Source: Patescibacteria group bacterium (GTDB lineage: Bacteria; Patescibacteriota; Microgenomatia; UBA8517). Taken from it: a stretch of DNA of 64,000 nt. Within the stretch, counting starts at the first letter, position 1; every line of letters starts with the position of its first letter. The notes beneath the pieces are model-generated. The model worked only from the letters and a program-made list of their open reading frames with translations. It was not told where the DNA came from and searched no databases. Where the stretch lies: assembly GCA_035291665.1 (NCBI GenBank), contig DATDRP010000001.1, positions 66,569 through 130,568 on the forward strand, read 5' to 3'. Shown in pieces: positions 59,145 through 64,000 of the stretch. A program made the position numbers and the translations under genes.

Positions 59145-59873
59145 TTAGATTTCACTATCGGAGGAACCGTCTATAATTTCACTTTCGTCAGCCTCATCAC
59201 TATTAAACTCTGCTTTGGGTTTCTCATGGACAAGTTCCGGAGGTGTATATGATACATAGTTAAATTTTTCTGATGAAAATGAGGGGATCAGATTATATTT
59301 GTCGGGGCGTTTTATCTCTTTTATAAATATTTTTACCCCGCCGGCATCAATCGACTTAACCAAGGTACTATAAACGTAGCCCAGTTTTATCAATTTCTTT
59401 AGGTGTATTGAAACATCATCCGGAATTTTACCTATATGGTCACCATTTTCAGCAGTCACACATATTCGGTGAGAATGTGCGTTTAAATATACTGAATCAC
59501 CAGAATCCAGGCCAGCAACTGTATTTTTATCTCCAAGATGGATTAAATTTATAGTTTTGGTTTTTCCCGGTTCCTCCAAAAACGCATTTGCCGTTAGAGA
59601 TGTTGAAGAATTAGATACAGCCACTTTCAGATTGGACCATTTCTGAAGCGACCTGTTGGCAATAGAATTAAATGGGTCAATTTTAACTACTTTTTCTGAA
59701 GTTTTTTTTGCTTTTTGAATTTCGTTCAATTCAAAATATGCTCTTGCCAGTCTATTGAGAGCATCTGTATTGTCTTTGTTGAGTTTTAATATCTGGAGGT
59801 TCAGATCTCTCGCTTTTTTCCAGTTACCATTAAGTGCAACATTTATTGCTTGTTGGGCAAGTGAGTCATCCAT
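59145..59873 (-). CDS. TPR-repeat protein
   Basis: TPR-like helices ('ALNRLARAYFELNEIQKAKK') and an acidic C-terminus. Confidence 0.4.
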   Translation of the reverse strand: MDDSLAQQAINVALNGNWKKARDLNLQILKLNKDNTDALNRLARAYFELNEIQKAKKTSEKVVKIDPFNSIANRSLQKWSNLKVAVSNSSTSLTANAFLEEPGKTKTINLIHLGDKNTVAGLDSGDSVYLNAHSHRICVTAENGDHIGKIPDDVSIHLKKLIKLGYVYSTLVKSIDAGGVKIFIKEIKRPDKYNLIPSFSSEKFNYVSYTPPELVHEKPKAEFNSDEADESEIIDGSSDSEI

Positions 59874-60023
59874 GAGTTAGATTATTATATTGAGTATAAT
59901 TGTGAGTTTGAAGTTGTCAAGGTGTCAGTTGAGGTATGATAATCCCAACTCTTTTTGGATAAGAGATTGTGATGTATAATTGCATTGTTTGTTCAAAGGT
60001 AAACTTTGTAACCGCCAAAAACT

Positions 60024-60758
60024 ATGTCCGGCCATTCACATTACTCAACAATAAAAAGACAAAAAGATGTCAAAGATGCCCAAAAGGGGAAAGTGTTCTC
60101 CAAAATGAGCAAGGCTATTTCAATTGCTATAAAAGCAGGAGGCAATGCGGATCCTGAGTCCAACTATAAATTACGTATGGTGATCGATACGGCAAAATCA
60201 ATGAATATGCCCAAAGAGAATATTGACCGGGTGATAAACCGAGCAAAATCCGAATCAGAGAATCTTGAAGAAGTTTATTACGAAGGTTATGGTCCCAACG
60301 GGATTGCAGTAATTGTTGAAGCGGCAACCGATAACAGGAATAGATCTGCTCAGGAGATTAAAAATATTTTCGAAAGGGGAGGGGGTACACTAGCCGGTCC
60401 CGGATCGGTATCTTATAATTTTATGACTAAGGGATTACTCCTTGTAGAAAAAGCTGCGGATGCAGATGCACAGATGTTGGCGCTTATTGACCTCGGGGTA
60501 GACGATATTAATGACGCCGGAGATGTGCTGGAAGTGTATGTAGCTCCTGACAAAACTGCAGAGTTTCGGGATTTAATAATGCAAAAGGGTTTCAAAGTTA
60601 CGTCAGCCTCAATAATAAAAAAACCTATAAATCTTCAGCTTATAACTGATAAGGATGCAGTTACGAAAATACTGAAGTTTCTAGACAATCTTGAAGAATA
60701 CGAAGATGTCCAAAATGTCTTCTCAAACATTGACATACCAGACGATTTGGTAATTTAA
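60024..60758 (+). CDS. yebC: YebC/PmpR-family transcriptional regulator
   Basis: 'MSGHSHYSTIKRQKDVKDAQKGKVFSK', 244 aa. Confidence 0.85.
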   Translation: MSGHSHYSTIKRQKDVKDAQKGKVFSKMSKAISIAIKAGGNADPESNYKLRMVIDTAKSMNMPKENIDRVINRAKSESENLEEVYYEGYGPNGIAVIVEAATDNRNRSAQEIKNIFERGGGTLAGPGSVSYNFMTKGLLLVEKAADADAQMLALIDLGVDDINDAGDVLEVYVAPDKTAEFRDLIMQKGFKVTSASIIKKPINLQLITDKDAVTKILKFLDNLEEYEDVQNVFSNIDIPDDLVI

Positions 60759-60768
60759 ACACCAAAAA

Positions 60769-61557
60769 TTGGACATCAACATGATTGATAAACGTAAACG
60801 ATTTTTTATCTCCTCGATACTTCTGAGTTCGGGTTTTGTAATTATCCAATCTCTTCAAAATCAGCAGGCAAAATTTTTGGGTATTGGAATCCTTTCTCTT
60901 TTTTCGATTGTTCTTTTTTATTGGTCATTAAAAGAAGCGCTTGGATTTAATGCATCGCTTTTAGTTTTGATCATGCCCTTATATTTTACAGCCGGAGTGG
61001 GTCTCTTTTGGTTTTTACTTCCGGCAAATTTATTCACAAAGATAATAATTTTAGTCTTTTACTCCATCGGGATTTATGTATTTTGTTTAACATCTAATAT
61101 TTTTACAGTATCGGCATTAAGGACAATTGCTTTATACCGGGCGGCAAAGGGGGTTGGATTCCTGCTAACTCTTTTGTCGCTTTTTTTGGTAGTTGATTCG
61201 ATATTGTCCCTTAGACTCGTATATTATCTGAATGCATTATTGGTTTTTTTGACCTCCTTCCCTTTGTTTCTACAGGGTTTTTGGACGAGCGTATTGACGA
61301 ATAAAGTAGATTTTAAGCTTTTACAATTCAGTCTTATATCTTCGTTAGTTCTTGCGCAGACTTCAACGATGATATTTTTTTGGCCTGTATCAGTTGTTGT
61401 AGGATCTTTGTTCCTCACGATCACAACATATGTAGTTTTGGCGCTAGGCCAATCAAGGCTTGAAGAAAGGTTATTTTCTCAAACAATCAGGGAATACCTC
61501 AGTGTGGGAATTGTCGTTTTAATCGTAATGTTTTTATCAACAAGGTGGGGCGCATAA
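60769..61557 (+). CDS. Hypothetical polytopic membrane protein
   Basis: Seven or eight TM helices. Confidence 0.4.
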   Translation: MDINMIDKRKRFFISSILLSSGFVIIQSLQNQQAKFLGIGILSLFSIVLFYWSLKEALGFNASLLVLIMPLYFTAGVGLFWFLLPANLFTKIIILVFYSIGIYVFCLTSNIFTVSALRTIALYRAAKGVGFLLTLLSLFLVVDSILSLRLVYYLNALLVFLTSFPLFLQGFWTSVLTNKVDFKLLQFSLISSLVLAQTSTMIFFWPVSVVVGSLFLTITTYVVLALGQSRLEERLFSQTIREYLSVGIVVLIVMFLSTRWGA

Positions 61558-62406
61558 TTATTTTATAATTGATTTTCATTACGCATTAATTTTTTCAATA
61601 GAGTATTGAGGAAGGGGAGGAGTGGGGGTGTTATAACCCATAGTTTTATTATAGGGTAAAAGTAACGGTACATATTTTCACGATAATTATAGGACATTTT
61701 CACGAGTTGATTATTTAAGACGTCAAAGAAGATAACCCGAATACTTTCTTCAGCAAAGTAGGTACTATTTCATTGATACAGAGTGATATAGTTACTCATT
61801 CATTTTGAAGCTAATATACATTTATTAATTGTTAATAACCAATAAAATAAATTTGCATAGGTTACAAATAGCGACGTGTGCTTTTGAAATAGAACGATTA
61901 AGGCACTATAAAGAGTCGATCAATAATAAAATTTAATTTATGAATAAGAGCCATAGTCGGGCGGTGTAGCAGTAGCACTACTTCATAGAATTCAATATAA
62001 TGAGCTGATTGTGGAAAAGTCGGACAGTCATATATCGGAGAATCCATTATTATATTGTCGCACAATATAACTTTTACGACGTTATATACTACAACTAGCT
62101 TAGGACTCCTCCGGTAACATTTTTCGCTTATGATAATTATTTATGATTTTATAACACGTAATTAAATCTTATTTTTTCTTCCCTGTTGAACTAGCCCGTA
62201 GATATTTGTAAACCGAACTATAACCGAACATAAAGTCAAGTAAAAAGTCTGACTCCCCCGTTTTTAGTTATATTTTAATAAATTGTAAAATAACCGTAAA
62301 TACGGCGGAAAAAGATCTTTTTTACGATGATCAGATGGTCAACTTTAACGTAAAACCCCCTTTAAAATCGATTCAGTGAAGTCACTTTTTTGACAAAATA
62401 AACCGA

Positions 62407-63153
62407 ATGCAATATATTGTTCATCATATGTATAAAGAAAGATATCCACTCACGACAGGAAATATTTCTGAAAATCTTTTGCTTATTGAAAGCGGAAAAA
62501 TAAGTTTTGACATTGATGCGGTTGCGCAAGGAACATTTGTAAAAGCTTTGAACAATGCAAGTCATATATTTAAAAAAGTAATCTTTAAGAGTGACCTTAA
62601 AACATATTGGGAATTAGATAAAATTGCCAGAGCTAACGGAATTGCCGAAAGCGACTCAATGAGATTTACAAAAAGTTTGTGGAATACTCATGATACATAT
62701 GCAGATTCGCCAAAAGTGTACGGATTTGATAGCATGCTTCGAATGGTTAATGAGATTTCAAAAAGTGAAGATCTGAATTATTATTTTATATCCTCAAGAC
62801 CGCCCGAATTCTTAGAAACTACGCAAAATTGGTTTTTACAAAAGTATCCCTTCGTAAATACTGAAAATATAAAACTAGGAAGACCTAAAGGTATGTCCGG
62901 AGGTATTTATAAATCAATGATGATAAACCAATTCGATATCGGACTTCATTTTGAAGATGTGGTTGATGAAGCGTTGGAAATTGTAAAATATACCAATTGC
63001 AAAGTTATAATTGTACCTCAGCCATGGAATATTAATGAACTAACGGAATCTCCAAGAATAAAAAGGCTCGATACTTATTCTTATTTTTCCGGAGTTTGGC
63101 CAGTACTCAGGTTTTTATCAAGTCCGCAAGCTCGACAATTCTTATCCGGGTGA
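62407..63153 (+). CDS. HAD-like protein, possibly 5'(3')-nucleotidase-type
   Basis: 'SFDIDAVAQ' (DxDxV motif I), 'YFISSRP' (motif II) and 'HFEDVVDEA'. Confidence 0.4.
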   Translation: MQYIVHHMYKERYPLTTGNISENLLLIESGKISFDIDAVAQGTFVKALNNASHIFKKVIFKSDLKTYWELDKIARANGIAESDSMRFTKSLWNTHDTYADSPKVYGFDSMLRMVNEISKSEDLNYYFISSRPPEFLETTQNWFLQKYPFVNTENIKLGRPKGMSGGIYKSMMINQFDIGLHFEDVVDEALEIVKYTNCKVIIVPQPWNINELTESPRIKRLDTYSYFSGVWPVLRFLSSPQARQFLSG

Positions 63154-63195
63154 ATCAGCAAACCGAATTTGCTAATATTATGTCGCACAATCTTA

Positions 63196-63224
63196 TTGAC
63201 ACTTCTTGCCTAATATCCTAATAT
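63196..63224 (+). promoter_or_regulatory. Sigma70-like promoter upstream of the recombinase gene
   Basis: 'TTGACA', a 17-nt spacer, then 'TAATAT', 27 nt before the ATG. Confidence 0.35.
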
Positions 63225-63250
63225 CTAAATATCGTAGTATCCCATCTTAA

Positions 63251-64000
63251 ATGCCTGCCCAGCGTCAACCACAAAGCGAATGTGAAGATAAAGTTCAAGA
63301 TTACCTTGAATATCTTGAAGTCGAAAAGGGCTCCTCTACTCTCACTATAAGAAATTATCGTCATTATTTGCTGCGTTTTTGTGATTGGATGAAACACAGC
63401 GGCTATCGAATGATGGTACAAGACATTAACCCTGAAATTGTCCGCCAGTACAGGGTGTACCTCGCAAGGCTCCCGGGATCCCGCGGAGTTGGTACAATGA
63501 GCCGAAAGACTCAAGGATATCATGCAATTGCAATCAGATCTTTGTTGCGCTGGTTAACAAAAAATGATTTTAAGGTTATGTCGGCTGATAAAATCGACCT
63601 GCCGAAAATTGCTGAACGGCAGGTGAAGTTTTTAAGCGGCGATATGGTCGAAAGACTTTTAAATTCTCCGAGCTTGGATAAAATCAACGGTAAGCGCGAT
63701 AAGGCAATCCTGGAACTTCTATTTTCTACAGGACTCCGTGTTTCAGAACTGGTAAGTATTAACCGCGATGATATCAACTTGGACCGGAGGGAATTTGGAA
63801 TTGTTGGTAAGGGCGGCCGTGCAAGAGTTGTGTTTATTTCCAAACGTGCCGCTGAGTGGCTTGACCAATATATGAAAGCCAGAGATGATAATTTTAAACC
63901 GCTTTTTATACACCATAAAGGCAAGACCAATCCTTCTATGGATAATGAGTATATGAGATTAACTCCCCGGTCAATTCAAAGAATGATTAAAAAATATGCT
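63251..64000 (+). CDS. Tyrosine recombinase, XerC/XerD-like (5' partial, runs off the window); GC-elevated
   Basis: This gene is absent from the ORF track because no stop falls inside the window. Manual translation gives 'QDYLEYLEVEKGSSTLTIRNYRHYLLRF...' (SAM-like N domain) and 'RDKAILELLFSTGLRVSELVSINRDDINL' (catalytic domain, R of RHRY). The frame is open to position 64000. Confidence 0.8.
   Translation, partial: MPAQRQPQSECEDKVQDYLEYLEVEKGSSTLTIRNYRHYLLRFCDWMKHSGYRMMVQDINPEIVRQYRVYLARLPGSRGVGTMSRKTQGYHAIAIRSLLRWLTKNDFKVMSADKIDLPKIAERQVKFLSGDMVERLLNSPSLDKINGKRDKAILELLFSTGLRVSELVSINRDDINLDRREFGIVGKGGRARVVFISKRAAEWLDQYMKARDDNFKPLFIHHKGKTNPSMDNEYMRLTPRSIQRMIKKYA

Noticed and set aside
63218-63930. 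Two minus-strand ORFs (101 and 136 aa) from the ORF track at the 3' end
   Set aside because: The plus strand here encodes a convincing XerC/D-like tyrosine recombinase that has no in-window stop, so the minus-strand ORFs are antisense artefacts.
1-64000. CRISPR arrays, rRNA genes and transposases
   Set aside because: No regularly spaced direct repeats were found. No rRNA-like conserved stretches were seen. No DDE or IS-type transposase translations were seen in any frame that I inspected.

Overview
This 64-kb window reads as low-GC (about 35%) chromosomal DNA from a small-genome bacterium. Gene content and style (many short HAD, HIT and peptidase genes, weak Shine-Dalgarno use, rpsF-ssb-rpsR, a reduced RF1) suggest a Patescibacteria/CPR-like organism, but that is inference only. 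Most of the window is housekeeping: dnaX-ybaB-(insertion)-recR, cysS, hisS, dnaB, efp, ychF, rpsF-ssb-rpsR, rpmE-prfA, one tRNA-Leu(CAA), ybeY, msrB/msrA, ctpA, htrA, rluA-family, yebC. There is also a two-component system beside a cell-envelope glycan cluster (GT2, GT-C-like membrane protein, GH18-like, nucleotide-sugar dehydrogenase), a block of small metabolic enzymes (SDR, 2-hydroxyacid DH, DmpA, HAD x4-5, VOC, Ldh_2) and a DinJ/YafQ toxin-antitoxin pair. Parts of the sequence the housekeeping annotation does not explain, roughly in order of interest: (1) a 1.6-kb insertion flanked by 97-bp direct repeats that duplicates the ychF promoter and 5' end and carries a GC-elevated 419-aa HAD-like gene; (2) a release factor 1 with no room for domain 1; (3) three minus-strand hypothetical genes, including two tandem paralogs with a conserved 'DPILNxPEPxLPVNxRAYK' N-terminus, next to rpmE; (4) an overlapping phosphoribosyltransferase + LOG/TIGR00725-like (SLOG superfamily) gene pair; (5) GC-elevated intergenic tracts carrying Cys-rich small ORFs (13.8 kb, 37.1-37.7 kb, 4.9 kb); (6) a GC-rich partial XerC/D-type tyrosine recombinase at the 3' edge, preceded by an 840-bp AT-rich tract with a repeated palindromic 11-mer. 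No rRNA, no CRISPR array and no clear transposase were seen. All calls come from reading the sequence and translations by eye; no searches were run.
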